Below, one piece after another: positions 7,147 through 16,187 of a stretch of 25,182 nt of DNA. Numbering within the stretch: position 1 is the stretch's first letter; each line of letters opens with the position of its first letter. The notes under the pieces were generated by a model. That model worked only from the letters and a program-made list of their open reading frames with translations, was not told where the DNA came from and made no database searches. Origin of the DNA: an uncultured Thermococci archaeon (GTDB lineage: Archaea; Methanobacteriota_B; Thermococci; Thermococcales; Thermococcaceae); assembly GCA_964615185.1 (NCBI GenBank), contig CAZTOS010000010.1, forward strand, positions 1 to 25,182. The letters run 5' to 3'. The position numbers and the translations under genes are program-made.

Positions 7147-8245
7147 TCCTATCACCCAGGATTTTCAATTTTTCTGCTCCGACTGTTTCAGCTATTTGAT
7201 TCAGCTCTTCCAAAACTTTCTTGTAAATTGGAATGCCAATTTTTAATCTTGTTTCCATCGTGAGAAAGCCCTTCTCACCATGAATCCAGATTCTGTCAAA
7301 ATCCGGATGCCTCCTTGAGCTTTTCAGTTCTTCAATCATCCTGCTCATCTTCTCCCTAAACTCCTCAAGAGGTACAAAAGCTTCAATGTCAATCGCCATG
7401 AAGAAGTGGTCAACCTTGCTGTGCTTTTCGCTCGTGTTCTTCACGTGCTTACTCCAAGTTCCACCGCTCAGAATTCCAGCTAAAATGTCAACCATTACGC
7501 TAAGCCCATAACCCTTATGTCCACCAAAAAGCTCTCCAAAACCCCCCAAAGGCAGTAAAGCACCACCATTAAAAACTTTCTCAACATCCGTGGTTATATT
7601 GCCTTCGCTGTCAATCGCCCAGCCTTCCGGAATTGGTTTTCCCTTTCTGCGGTAAACCTCAAGCTTCCCAATTGGAACAACACTCGTAGCCATGTCAAGC
7701 AAAAACGGCTTACCCTTGGTTGGTGCAGCCAAAGCAATTGGATTCGTTCCCAAAAACCTCTCAACCCCACCAGTTGGAGCAACCAAAGGACGAGAATTCG
7801 TCATGCTGATTCCAATCATCCCCTCTTCAGCGGCCATTAAAGCATAATACCCAGCAATACCATAGTGGTTGCTGTTTCTCACCGCCACAACTCCAATGCC
7901 ACTCTTTTTGGCCTTCTTGATGGCTAATTTCATTGCCTTATAGCCAACAACTTGTCCCAACCCCTCATCACCATCAATTAATGCATAAGAAACTCCTTCC
8001 CTGACAATCTTAATGTTTGGCTTCAGATTTATTCCTCCGCTGAGAATTCCATCAACGTAGCGCTTGAGCCTCTGAACGCCGTGACTCTCAACACCTCTCA
8101 AATCAGCCATGATTAAATTATCAGCAACTATTTCCGCATCCTCCTCCGGAACTCCAAGCTTCACGAGAACCTTCACAACAAACGAGAAGAGCTCATCCCT
8201 TGGGATCCTTACATAATTTTCATCAATACAACCCTTCTCAAACAT
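7139..8245 (-). CDS. Ldh_2-family (type 2 malate/L-lactate/L-sulfolactate) dehydrogenase
   Basis: ADLRGVESHG, NSNHYGIAGYY, GTNPIA, LDMATS and GHKGYGL. Overlaps the malic enzyme gene by 8 nt. Confidence 0.92.
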   Translation of the reverse strand: MFEKGCIDENYVRIPRDELFSFVVKVLVKLGVPEEDAEIVADNLIMADLRGVESHGVQRLKRYVDGILSGGINLKPNIKIVREGVSYALIDGDEGLGQVVGYKAMKLAIKKAKKSGIGVVAVRNSNHYGIAGYYALMAAEEGMIGISMTNSRPLVAPTGGVERFLGTNPIALAAPTKGKPFLLDMATSVVPIGKLEVYRRKGKPIPEGWAIDSEGNITTDVEKVFNGGALLPLGGFGELFGGHKGYGLSVMVDILAGILSGGTWSKHVKNTSEKHSKVDHFFMAIDIEAFVPLEEFREKMSRMIEELKSSRRHPDFDRIWIHGEKGFLTMETRLKIGIPIYKKVLEELNQIAETVGAEKLKILGDRNG

Positions 8246-8341
8246 AGCACCACCGAAAATTTTTGGGCTTTGTGGGTTAAACGCTTTGTGCTCCTAAAAA
8301 GTTAAATTTTCCTGATACAATCATGAACTGGGGGATGAGAG

Positions 8342-8593
8342 TTGAACAAACGAGTTGTTATAGAGCTACCGTCGATGATAAAACTTCCAGAGGATGAAGT
8401 TGAGGAGAGGGTAAGACTTGAATTGGCTCTCAGGTTGTACGAAAAAGGCATATTATCCTTTGGACAGGCAAGAAAATTAGCGGGATTGAGCAAATGGGAA
8501 TTCATTGAACTCATAAAAAAAGAAGACATTGGAATCTTGTATGATGAAGAGGAATTCAGCGAAGATTTGAAAGTGCTTAAGGAGCTTGAATAA
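8342..8593 (+). CDS. UPF0175-family putative antitoxin
   Basis: 'LALRLYEKGILSFGQARKLAGLSKWEF' pattern with an acidic tail. Immediately upstream of a PIN gene. Confidence 0.85.
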   Translation: MNKRVVIELPSMIKLPEDEVEERVRLELALRLYEKGILSFGQARKLAGLSKWEFIELIKKEDIGILYDEEEFSEDLKVLKELE

Positions 8594-8594
8594 A

Positions 8595-9080
8595 ATGAGA
8601 GCCATTGTAAATTCATCACCGTTGATATTCTTGGCTAAACTTGGAAAACTCGACATTTTAAAGGAGCTTTTTGACGAGATTATAATTCCTGAGGCAGTGT
8701 ATAATGAAGCTGTTGTTGAAGGAAGCAGCCATGAAGAATCCTCTATTATCAAAAACACAGAGTGGATAAAAGTTGAAAAGGTTCGAAATTACCAGCTTGT
8801 TAGATTTCTAATGGAGTTCATTGACTATGGAGAGTCAGAAGTGATAGTGTTAGCAATAGAAAAAAATGCAGACATTGTCATTTTAGATGACAAAGATGCA
8901 CGAAAGATAGCAAGAGGATTTGGGCTAAAAGTTACTGGAACAATTGGTGTGCTGATGCTTGCAAAACGTAGAGGGTTAATTAAAGAAGTGAAACCCCTAA
9001 TAGAAGAGCTTATTAGAGAGGGATTCAGAATATCGAATGACCTTCTTAAAGCAATTTTAAAGGAAATGAACGAAGTGTAA
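8595..9080 (+). CDS. DUF3368 / COG2405 PIN-domain protein
   Basis: AIVNSSPLI, IPEAVYNE, DYGESEVI, ILDDKDAR, GTIGVL and GFRIS. ATG 8595 follows the antitoxin stop. Confidence 0.88.
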   Translation: MRAIVNSSPLIFLAKLGKLDILKELFDEIIIPEAVYNEAVVEGSSHEESSIIKNTEWIKVEKVRNYQLVRFLMEFIDYGESEVIVLAIEKNADIVILDDKDARKIARGFGLKVTGTIGVLMLAKRRGLIKEVKPLIEELIREGFRISNDLLKAILKEMNEV

Positions 9081-9125
9081 GGCTTTTTCACCAATTCACA
9101 TCACTGATTCAGAGAGGGAATCCAC

Positions 9126-10748
9126 ATGAGGACAAAGCTCATCCTAATAATCCCCATAACATTCCTAATCCTCTTTTTCTACCTTCCCCTCATCAGCATA
9201 ATCCACGAAGGGCTCTGGGACAATGGATTCACGCTCAAATACCTCAAAGATGTTTTATCCAATAGTTATCACCGAGGAATAATCCTTTTTACCATTGAAC
9301 AGGCTTTAGCCTCAACCCTGCTCACTTTAGCTTTGGGTCTGCCTGGAGCCTATATTTTTGCAAAATATGACTTTCCAGGAAAGAGTTTTGTGAAGGCAAT
9401 TCTCACCGTCCCCTTCGTGATGCCAAGCATAATGGTCGCTCTTGGTTTTATCCTGCTCTTTGGAAAGCAAGGCTTCTTTACACAGCTCATTGGGCGGGAT
9501 TTAGGAATCCTCTACTCTTGGAAAGCCATTTTAATAGCCCATGCCTTCTACAACTTTCCCGTCGTAGTCCGAATGGTCTCCTCCCTTTGGCAACGCATAA
9601 ATCCCCATTATGAAGAAGTTGCAATGAGCCTTGGAGCTAAAGGGTTCACGCTTTTTAGAAAAGTTACTTTGCCGATGCTTTTGCCTGGAATCTTCGCCTC
9701 TTCCATGCTTACCTTCATCTTCTGCTTTCTGAGTTTCTCTATTCCACTAATTTTAGGAGGTTACAAGTACGCCACAATTGAAGTCGACATCTTTACTTCA
9801 ATCATGACTCTGCTGGATTTCAAAATTGGCTCCGCCTTAGCTATAATCCAAATCACCCTAAGCTTTGCATTCATGTACATCTACATTAAAAGCCTCGACA
9901 TGTATGCGAAAGCTGAGGAGCAGCGAATTTTTAGAAGACCACAAAAGCTGACGTTGAGAGAACTGGTGAGCTTAAGAGGCATAATGATTGGAATTTACTC
10001 CCTGATTGTCTTCATTTTCATAATCTCACCGCTCTTGGCAGTCCTCTATGACTCCCTAATTTTCCAAGGAAAATTCAGCCTTGAGTGGTATAGGAGAGTA
10101 TTCAGTGCAAAATACAACCCAATCTTTGGAGCTAACACTTTAATCGCAATCAAGAACTCGCTTCTTTTCGGATTTTCAGCTGTTTTACTATCCACAACAA
10201 TCGCTTTAATCATAGCCTACGCTTTACATAGATGGCAGTTTAGAGGCAAAAACGTCTTTGAGGCATTAGTGATGCTTCCTCTCGGCTCTTCGGCCATAAC
10301 TCTTGGTTTGGGTTACATAAGAACTTTCCACAAGCCCCCGCTTGAGCTTCTTGGCACTTGGTACATCATCGTTTTTGCCCACACAATCATAGCTTATCCC
10401 TTTGTTTTAAGAGCAATCTCAGCTGTGTTGAAAAAGATAAAGCCAAACCTAAAAGAAGCAGCATTGAGCTTAGGAGCAAAGGAGTGGCAAGCTTTTCTCA
10501 AAGTTGAGTTGCCTCTATCTTTGGGAGGAATAATCGTTGGAGCAATCTTCGCCTTTGCAATAAGCATAGCTGAGCTTGGTGCCACTTACATGCTTTATCA
10601 ACCTGAATACACGACAATAACTATAGCAGTCTATAGATTTTTGAGTGCAAGACAGTGGGGAAGTGCATCTGCTTTATCCGTCATTTTGATGATTGTCTCA
10701 GCGGTGAGCTTTATGATAATTGAGAGGATTGGTGAGGAAATATGGTGA
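9126..10748 (+). CDS. ABC transporter permease, Fe3+/thiamine (FbpB/ThiP) type
   Basis: Polytopic membrane protein with two EAA loops (EEVAMSLGA, KEAALSLGA) and the duplicated permease architecture. Confidence 0.9.
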   Translation: MRTKLILIIPITFLILFFYLPLISIIHEGLWDNGFTLKYLKDVLSNSYHRGIILFTIEQALASTLLTLALGLPGAYIFAKYDFPGKSFVKAILTVPFVMPSIMVALGFILLFGKQGFFTQLIGRDLGILYSWKAILIAHAFYNFPVVVRMVSSLWQRINPHYEEVAMSLGAKGFTLFRKVTLPMLLPGIFASSMLTFIFCFLSFSIPLILGGYKYATIEVDIFTSIMTLLDFKIGSALAIIQITLSFAFMYIYIKSLDMYAKAEEQRIFRRPQKLTLRELVSLRGIMIGIYSLIVFIFIISPLLAVLYDSLIFQGKFSLEWYRRVFSAKYNPIFGANTLIAIKNSLLFGFSAVLLSTTIALIIAYALHRWQFRGKNVFEALVMLPLGSSAITLGLGYIRTFHKPPLELLGTWYIIVFAHTIIAYPFVLRAISAVLKKIKPNLKEAALSLGAKEWQAFLKVELPLSLGGIIVGAIFAFAISIAELGATYMLYQPEYTTITIAVYRFLSARQWGSASALSVILMIVSAVSFMIIERIGEEIW

Positions 10749-11743
10749 GCGTTGAGCTTAGAGAAATCCTCAAGATACTTGGAGATTTCAGGCTTGAAAT
10801 AGAAAGCTTAAAAGCTAAGGAAGGAGAATTTCTGACGCTTCTCGGTCCTTCTGGATGCGGAAAGACAACGACTCTTAGAATAATAGCCGGTTTTGAAAAG
10901 CCAGATAAAGGAGAAGTTCTATTTAACAGCAAAGTCATGAATGAAATTCCACCATATGAAAGGAACATCGGGATAGTTTTCCAGGACTATGCGCTTTTCC
11001 CACACATGACTGTTTTTAAGAACATTGCTTTTGGTTTAGAGCTTAGAAAGCTCCCAAGAGGAGAGATAGAGAAAAAAGTCCGCTGGGCCCTAAAGTTGGT
11101 CGGCTTGGAAGGATTCGAGAACCGCTATCCAGAGCAACTCAGCGGAGGGCAACAACAGAGGGTTGCACTTGCGAGAGCTTTGGTAATTGAGCCGGAAGTT
11201 CTGCTTTTGGATGAACCGTTATCGAATCTTGATGCAAAAATTAGGGAACGCTTAAGAGGGGAAATAAAGCGCATTCAAAAGGAGCTGAGCATAACAACGA
11301 TTTACGTTACTCATGATCAGGAGGAAGCGATGGCAATAAGCGACAGAATCGCGGTGATGAATGATGGAAGGATTGAACAAGTGGGAAAGGCACTGGAACT
11401 CTATTACAACCCAAAAACAGAGTTTGTTGCTAAGTTTTTGGGGCTGTCAAATATCCTCGAGCTTGAAGCTGAGAATGGAAAAGCCTGTCTCGGAAAGCTG
11501 TGCTTCAATGTTGGCAAAGACGGAAAAGTTAGGATATTTTTCAGACCTGAGAGTGTTTACATAACCGATGGAGACTTTGCTGAAATTGTTAGCTATGAAC
11601 TATTGCCGGGAAGGATAAGATTGAGGCTTTCCATTGAAGGAAAAGAGATAATAGCTGAGCGTTTTTTAGATGAGCTGCCCTTCAAAATTGAAAATATTCC
11701 AAAAAGGGTTGGTGTGCGAGTAAAATCGTTTGCTCTCCTCTGA
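10742..11743 (+). CDS. ABC transporter ATP-binding protein (PotA/FbpC-like)
   Basis: Walker A GPSGCGKT, signature LSGGQQQR, Walker B LLLDEP and VTHD. Confidence 0.95.
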   Translation: MVSVELREILKILGDFRLEIESLKAKEGEFLTLLGPSGCGKTTTLRIIAGFEKPDKGEVLFNSKVMNEIPPYERNIGIVFQDYALFPHMTVFKNIAFGLELRKLPRGEIEKKVRWALKLVGLEGFENRYPEQLSGGQQQRVALARALVIEPEVLLLDEPLSNLDAKIRERLRGEIKRIQKELSITTIYVTHDQEEAMAISDRIAVMNDGRIEQVGKALELYYNPKTEFVAKFLGLSNILELEAENGKACLGKLCFNVGKDGKVRIFFRPESVYITDGDFAEIVSYELLPGRIRLRLSIEGKEIIAERFLDELPFKIENIPKRVGVRVKSFALL

Positions 11744-11815
11744 ATCTCGTTTATTTTGCCCTCCCATATTGCCCCTGCACTCTTTCACTGCTTCATTGTT
11801 TGACATTTTTTTGTT

Positions 11816-11853
11816 GAAAAACTTTAAATATTTTGCCAATTTTTAACAAATTG
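11816..11853 (+). promoter_or_regulatory. BRE/TATA promoter of the NCS2 permease with a downstream inverted repeat
   Basis: GAAAAAC-TTTAAATA, then CAATTT-TTAAC-AAATTG (11837-11853), then an AGGTGAT RBS before ATG 11883. Confidence 0.5.
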
Positions 11854-11882
11854 ATGCAAATTACTTACTCAAGGTGATGTAG

Positions 11883-13247
11883 ATGGAGGCTGTTAAGGAG
11901 GTAGAGAGTGGGGCAAAAAAGAATAAAAACTGGTTTGAAGAGTACTTTGATTTCGCTCACTACAATACAGACATGAGAACAGAGATTTTAGCCGGGATAA
12001 CAACCTTCATGACGATGGCATATATACTCTTCGTTAACCCAGCGATTTTAAGTGATGCCATTGGTAAAGATGCTATCCCTTCACTGGTCACAGCAACAGC
12101 CCTTTCATCTGGTCTGGCAACCATCCTCATGGGGCTGTACGCAAAGAAGCCATTTGCATTGGCTCCGGGGATGGGACTCAATGCCTACTTCACCTATGGT
12201 GTTGTTCTCGGAATGGGCTACTCATGGCAAGTGGCTTTGGCTGCCGTTTTTGTAGAGGGTTTAATATTCATTGCACTAACCCTTACAAAAGTGAGAAGCG
12301 CTATTATACATGCAATTCCACTTTCACAGAAATACGCAATTGGTGCTGGAATTGGTCTGTTTCTGACAATCATCGGAATGCAGGATGCTGGTTTTGTAGT
12401 TGACAGTCCAGCTACATTGATAACCTTCGGCGCTCAGAACGTTGCAAAGCCAGAATTCTGGTTAGCCATATTTGGCTTGTTCTTTGCAGCAATCCTCATC
12501 TCAAGAGGCATTAAAGGAGCTTTGCTAATTTCAATCCTCACAACAACTGTAATCGGAATTGCTTTGGGCATAACACCGGCTCCTGATAAGTTATTTGCGA
12601 TGCCAACACTCAGCCACACATTCCTCCAGATGGACTTAAAAGGTCTCTTAAGTGTTGGAGCCATTGGTGTTGTCTTTGCGTTCTTCATGGTGGACTTCTT
12701 TGATACATTGGGTACAGTTACTGGATTAAGTGCGAAAGCTGGCTTCCTGACAAAGGATGGAAAGGTCCCAGATGCTGAGAAGGTTTTGCTAACGGATGCA
12801 ATAGGAACAACGGTTGGTGCCGTCTTGGGAACCTCAACAGTCACAACATACATTGAAAGTGCGGCGGGTATAGAGGAGGGCGGAAGAACGGGAATGACGG
12901 CATTAGTCACTGGAGCACTGTTCTTAGTTGTTGGTCTCTTCATTTCACCAATAGCAAGTGTTATCCCAGCCTATGCAACCGCTCCCGCATTAATTATAGT
13001 CGGTTACTATATGCTGAGCGCCATCAGAGGAGTTGACTTCAGTGACCCAACAGAAGCTATTCCAGCATTCTTGGTTCTCGTTACAATCCCATTCACATAC
13101 TCAATAGCTGATGGAATAGGTATGGGATTCATAAGCTATGCAGTTGTAAAAACATTAAGCGGAAGGTACAAAGAAGTGCATCCACTGCTGTACATCTTAG
13201 CTGGCATATTCATCTTATACTTCCTCTACCTTGGAGGTGTCCTTTGA
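11883..13247 (+). CDS. NCS2/AzgA-family purine (adenine/guanine/hypoxanthine) permease
   Basis: EILAGITTFMTMAYILFVNP, LAPGMGLNAYF, DFFDTLGT and TTYIESAAG...GGRTG. Confidence 0.93.
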   Translation: MEAVKEVESGAKKNKNWFEEYFDFAHYNTDMRTEILAGITTFMTMAYILFVNPAILSDAIGKDAIPSLVTATALSSGLATILMGLYAKKPFALAPGMGLNAYFTYGVVLGMGYSWQVALAAVFVEGLIFIALTLTKVRSAIIHAIPLSQKYAIGAGIGLFLTIIGMQDAGFVVDSPATLITFGAQNVAKPEFWLAIFGLFFAAILISRGIKGALLISILTTTVIGIALGITPAPDKLFAMPTLSHTFLQMDLKGLLSVGAIGVVFAFFMVDFFDTLGTVTGLSAKAGFLTKDGKVPDAEKVLLTDAIGTTVGAVLGTSTVTTYIESAAGIEEGGRTGMTALVTGALFLVVGLFISPIASVIPAYATAPALIIVGYYMLSAIRGVDFSDPTEAIPAFLVLVTIPFTYSIADGIGMGFISYAVVKTLSGRYKEVHPLLYILAGIFILYFLYLGGVL

Positions 13248-13676
13248 TTTTTCCTCCTTTCCTATGTGCTCCTGTAGGAACTGCTTGATTACATAAGGGC
13301 ACTGCTCCTGAATGTACTTTGCAAATTCTTTAATCCTTTCTGCTGTAATCTCGTGGACATAGTGTTCGAATTGGCAGGCATCTTCTTCAGCTATCTCAGG
13401 AGGAATGCCAAGGATGTCTATAAAGAACTCCGTCAACAGCAAGTGCTTAGAATAAGTCTTTTCTGCAATCTCCCTTCCTTTTTCAGTTAGCAAAATTCTA
13501 TCATACTTCTCATACTCAACTAAACCTTTCTCACTGAGCTTTTTAAGGGCATCAACAACACTTGGAGGCTTTACCTTAAGCTTTTTGGCAATATCCTTGA
13601 TCCTAATTATGCCCTTTCTCTTATATAAAAGATACATTGCTTCAAGATACTCTTCTTCTCTTTTAGTTATTTCCAT
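13215..13676 (-). CDS. dtxR: DtxR/MntR-family metal-dependent repressor
   Basis: EEYLEAMY, wHTH 'RIKDIAKKLKVKPPSVVDAL', 'KHLLLTEFF' and 'EDACQFEH' metal-binding motifs. ATG 13676 follows AGGTGG (track start GTG 13685). Confidence 0.92.
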   Translation of the reverse strand: MEITKREEEYLEAMYLLYKRKGIIRIKDIAKKLKVKPPSVVDALKKLSEKGLVEYEKYDRILLTEKGREIAEKTYSKHLLLTEFFIDILGIPPEIAEEDACQFEHYVHEITAERIKEFAKYIQEQCPYVIKQFLQEHIGKEEKSKDTSKVEEV

Positions 13677-13691
13677 TCGACCCACCTAAAA

Positions 13692-13705
13692 TTAGATTTA
13701 CCTAA
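13692..13705. promoter_or_regulatory. Putative DtxR operator (autoregulation)
   Basis: TTAGA-TTTA-CCTAA is one mismatch from TTAGG-N4-CCTAA and lies between the dtxR TATA-like element and its RBS. Confidence 0.55.
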
Positions 13706-13774
13706 AGAATTTAAGTGCTTTTTGGTATCACAGATATTAAAAACTTCAAAGCAAAACTCCAAATGGTGGTGCGT

Positions 13775-14365
13775 ATGAAGATTTATGAACCGCTGATGCT
13801 GGCAATGCCCTTGGCAAAATGGATAAGCAAGTTTATAATTGAAAACAAAAAGCTCCCCACAGGAGATGACGTGAGAAAGTTCTTAAAAGAGAACAACCTT
13901 GAGGAGATTTGTTTAGATGAAGGGTTAGTTCTCCACAGAGGGAAATTCGTTCTAACATTAACTTTCCCAGCAAAAGAGCATTTAATCGTTGACATAATCT
14001 CATCAAGCGGAGAGCTAAGCGATGCCCTTGAGATAATAGCTTACCATGACAGAAAGCTTGAAGCTTATGTCATTGAAATCATCCCGGCAAATGAGCTCGA
14101 ATTTGAGGGCAACATCGGACTTGAGCCAGTAATCATTGATGACAAGAGCTTTGAGCTAAAGAGCTATCCCGTTCTTGGGCATTTTGAGGAAGAAAAAGAT
14201 GGAGTGTTTCTGATTATTGACAGCGAAACGTATCAAAGATGGAAGGAGAGTGGAAAACTTGACATCTGCCCAATATGCGGTGCTGAAGGAGTGGCGTGGA
14301 GAAGAAATGAAGCTTACTGCGATTCTTGTGGATTTGGGATTAAATTTAAGGAGGAGGAGCAATGA
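13775..14365 (+). CDS. Hypothetical protein with C-terminal zinc ribbon
   Basis: CPICG...CDSCG at the C-terminus. ATG 13775 follows GGTGGTG. ATGA overlap with the aldolase. Confidence 0.8.
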   Translation: MKIYEPLMLAMPLAKWISKFIIENKKLPTGDDVRKFLKENNLEEICLDEGLVLHRGKFVLTLTFPAKEHLIVDIISSSGELSDALEIIAYHDRKLEAYVIEIIPANELEFEGNIGLEPVIIDDKSFELKSYPVLGHFEEEKDGVFLIIDSETYQRWKESGKLDICPICGAEGVAWRRNEAYCDSCGFGIKFKEEEQ

Positions 14366-14925
14366 GCCAGCTCATAAAATCTATCCTCGTCAAGTATTCA
14401 CGCTTAGCTCATGAGAAAGGGTTAACCGCTGCATTTGGTGGAAATTTGAGTGTCCGTTTTAATGGAAAAATCTTCATAAAAGCTACTGGAGCTGTTATGG
14501 ACACCATGACAGAGCAGCAAGTGGCAGTTATTGACCTGAATGGAAAGCAAATCTCAGCTGTTAAGCCTTCATCAGAATGGAGGCTTCACTTGTTCATTTA
14601 CCGCGAAAGAGAAGACATTAGAGCAATAGCCCATCTTCACCCTCTATACTCCATTGTTGCCTCAACCCTTTTGAAGGGAGAACTTCCAATAATAACCCCA
14701 GAAGCAGAAATCTACCTCAAAAAAATCCCAATTGCAGAGTTTAAGCCAGCGGGAAGTGAAGAACTCGCAAGGGAAGTTGCAAAATACATTAAAGATCATG
14801 ATGCTGTTTTAATGGAGAGACACGGAATTGTTACGGTAGGAAAAAGCCTGAGAGAAGCATTCTACAAAGCGGAGCTCGTTGAAGAAAGTGCAAAGCTTTG
14901 GTATTTAATAGAAGGCAAAAGATGA
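14362..14925 (+). CDS. Class II aldolase/adducin family (L-fuculose-1-phosphate aldolase-like)
   Basis: GGNLSVR, KPSSEWRLH, HLHP and LMERHG. Confidence 0.9.
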   Translation: MSQLIKSILVKYSRLAHEKGLTAAFGGNLSVRFNGKIFIKATGAVMDTMTEQQVAVIDLNGKQISAVKPSSEWRLHLFIYREREDIRAIAHLHPLYSIVASTLLKGELPIITPEAEIYLKKIPIAEFKPAGSEELAREVAKYIKDHDAVLMERHGIVTVGKSLREAFYKAELVEESAKLWYLIEGKR

Positions 14926-14941
14926 GCGTAAAAAACAAAAT

Positions 14942-15202
14942 TCACTGAATCTGCTCCAAGGCACCTAAAACTTCCCAGATTATGGTTCTTGTGTGGAGAG
15001 GCATGTTTGGATCTTCACTAATCTCCTCAAGGATTGCAATAGCATCAGCTGCCCTAACAGCAGGCTCTTTATTTCTATCCATCAAATGCTCAATTGCCTC
15101 CTCAGCGGCCCTTCTAATATTTCTTGGGACGATTGTGTCTTGAACAACTTGTTCCTTAAGAACCTGAATAATCTGGTTGATTCTCTCCTCAACATCGCTC
15201 AT
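14942..15202 (-). CDS. UPF0147 family protein
   Basis: QDTIVPRNIRRAA, ISEDPNMPLHTRT. ATG 15202 follows GGAGGTGAT. Confidence 0.9.
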   Translation of the reverse strand: MSDVEERINQIIQVLKEQVVQDTIVPRNIRRAAEEAIEHLMDRNKEPAVRAADAIAILEEISEDPNMPLHTRTIIWEVLGALEQIQ

Positions 15203-15290
15203 TTGTATCACCTCCTTTTACTAAGAATTGGTAACTAAAATTTTCCAGTGGTATATTGCACTTTTGTAACTAAAAAGTTTTCGGTTGAAA

Positions 15291-15824
15291 CTAATACTCG
15301 ACCCCTCTTCTGGCTGTGATTCCTTTTTGGTAGGGGTGTTTTATTTCTCTCATCTCACTCACATAGTCTGCCAGCTCAAAGAGTTCCTCGGGACAGTAGC
15401 GACCCGTTAAAACAAGCTCAGTGTTTGGAGCCTTGCTCTTTATCAATTCCTTGACTTCCTCAACATCAAGCATTCCAAAACCTAATGCCACGCATATTTC
15501 ATCCAAAATTACTAAATCCCATTCACCGCTTTTAACAACCTCCTTAGCCCTTTCCAAGGCTCTCTTTGCAGCTTGAATATCATCCTCCTCTGGTTTTTCA
15601 TGAACAAACTTGGGTAAACCGTAGGATTCTATCACATAGCCGCATTTCTCAGCCATAAAGTACTCCCCATAAACCTTCGGAGCCTTCATGAACTGAATTA
15701 TAATTACTCTACCACCATTGCCAAGCATCCTCAAAGCCAAACCCAAAGCAGCCGTGGTTTTTCCCTTTCCGTTGCCTGTGTAAATATGAATCAAGCCAAG
15801 CTTTTTCTTCCAGCTTTCACTCAT
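15291..15824 (-). CDS. cobO: Cob(I)yrinic acid a,c-diamide adenosyltransferase (CobO/BtuR)
   Basis: IYTGNGKGKTTAALG, QFMK, VILDEI, LVLTGR and KHPY. Confidence 0.93.
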   Translation of the reverse strand: MSESWKKKLGLIHIYTGNGKGKTTAALGLALRMLGNGGRVIIIQFMKAPKVYGEYFMAEKCGYVIESYGLPKFVHEKPEEDDIQAAKRALERAKEVVKSGEWDLVILDEICVALGFGMLDVEEVKELIKSKAPNTELVLTGRYCPEELFELADYVSEMREIKHPYQKGITARRGVEY

Positions 15825-15908
15825 TTAAATCACCAAAGGGAGTTAACCTTGGAGTATTTATCCATTTTGTTGAGTTTCCTCAGAAACTAAACTAAAAAGA
15901 GAAGGGAT

Positions 15909-16097
15909 TTATATCTCAACTTTCACCAGCCTCTTATCTTCTAAGTATCCTATCTCTTCCCAGTCCCCATTATAGATACAATAATGGAGTATATCAGGGT
16001 GTCAAGGAACAAAGGTTCCATCTCTCGTGATTCCTGCTATCAAGGTCAAGAGCTTTCTTTTATCCCAAGGATTTCTTACGATTTCAAACCCCCACAT
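15909..16097 (-). pseudogene. Gene remnant resembling the C-terminal domain of Thermococcales cell-surface/S-layer-like proteins
   Basis: Manual translation: MWGFEIVRNPWDKRKLLTLIAGITRDGTFVP*HPDILHYCIYNGDWEEIGYLEDKRLVKVEI*, with an in-frame TGA at 16004-16002. The 'RNPW...IAG.TR.GT' motif is recognised from memory. Confidence 0.5.
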
Positions 16098-16187
16098 CTT
16101 AAGAGAAAATTCAGTGTAAAGTGAAAGTAACACTTTCTGCGAAAATCCTAAATATTTCATAGATGCACTACATAAAAGGGAAAAGAT

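Noticed and set aside
11744..11882. Purine riboswitch ahead of the NCS2 permease
   Set aside because: The predicted leader is only about 30 nt and shows no aptamer consensus.
12434..12943. 169-aa minus-strand ORF
   Set aside because: Codon-aligned antisense shadow of the NCS2 permease.
16002..16004. In-frame TGA as selenocysteine or readthrough
   Set aside because: No redox-motif context or SECIS-like structure seen, and Thermococcales are not known to use Sec. Gene decay is the simpler explanation.
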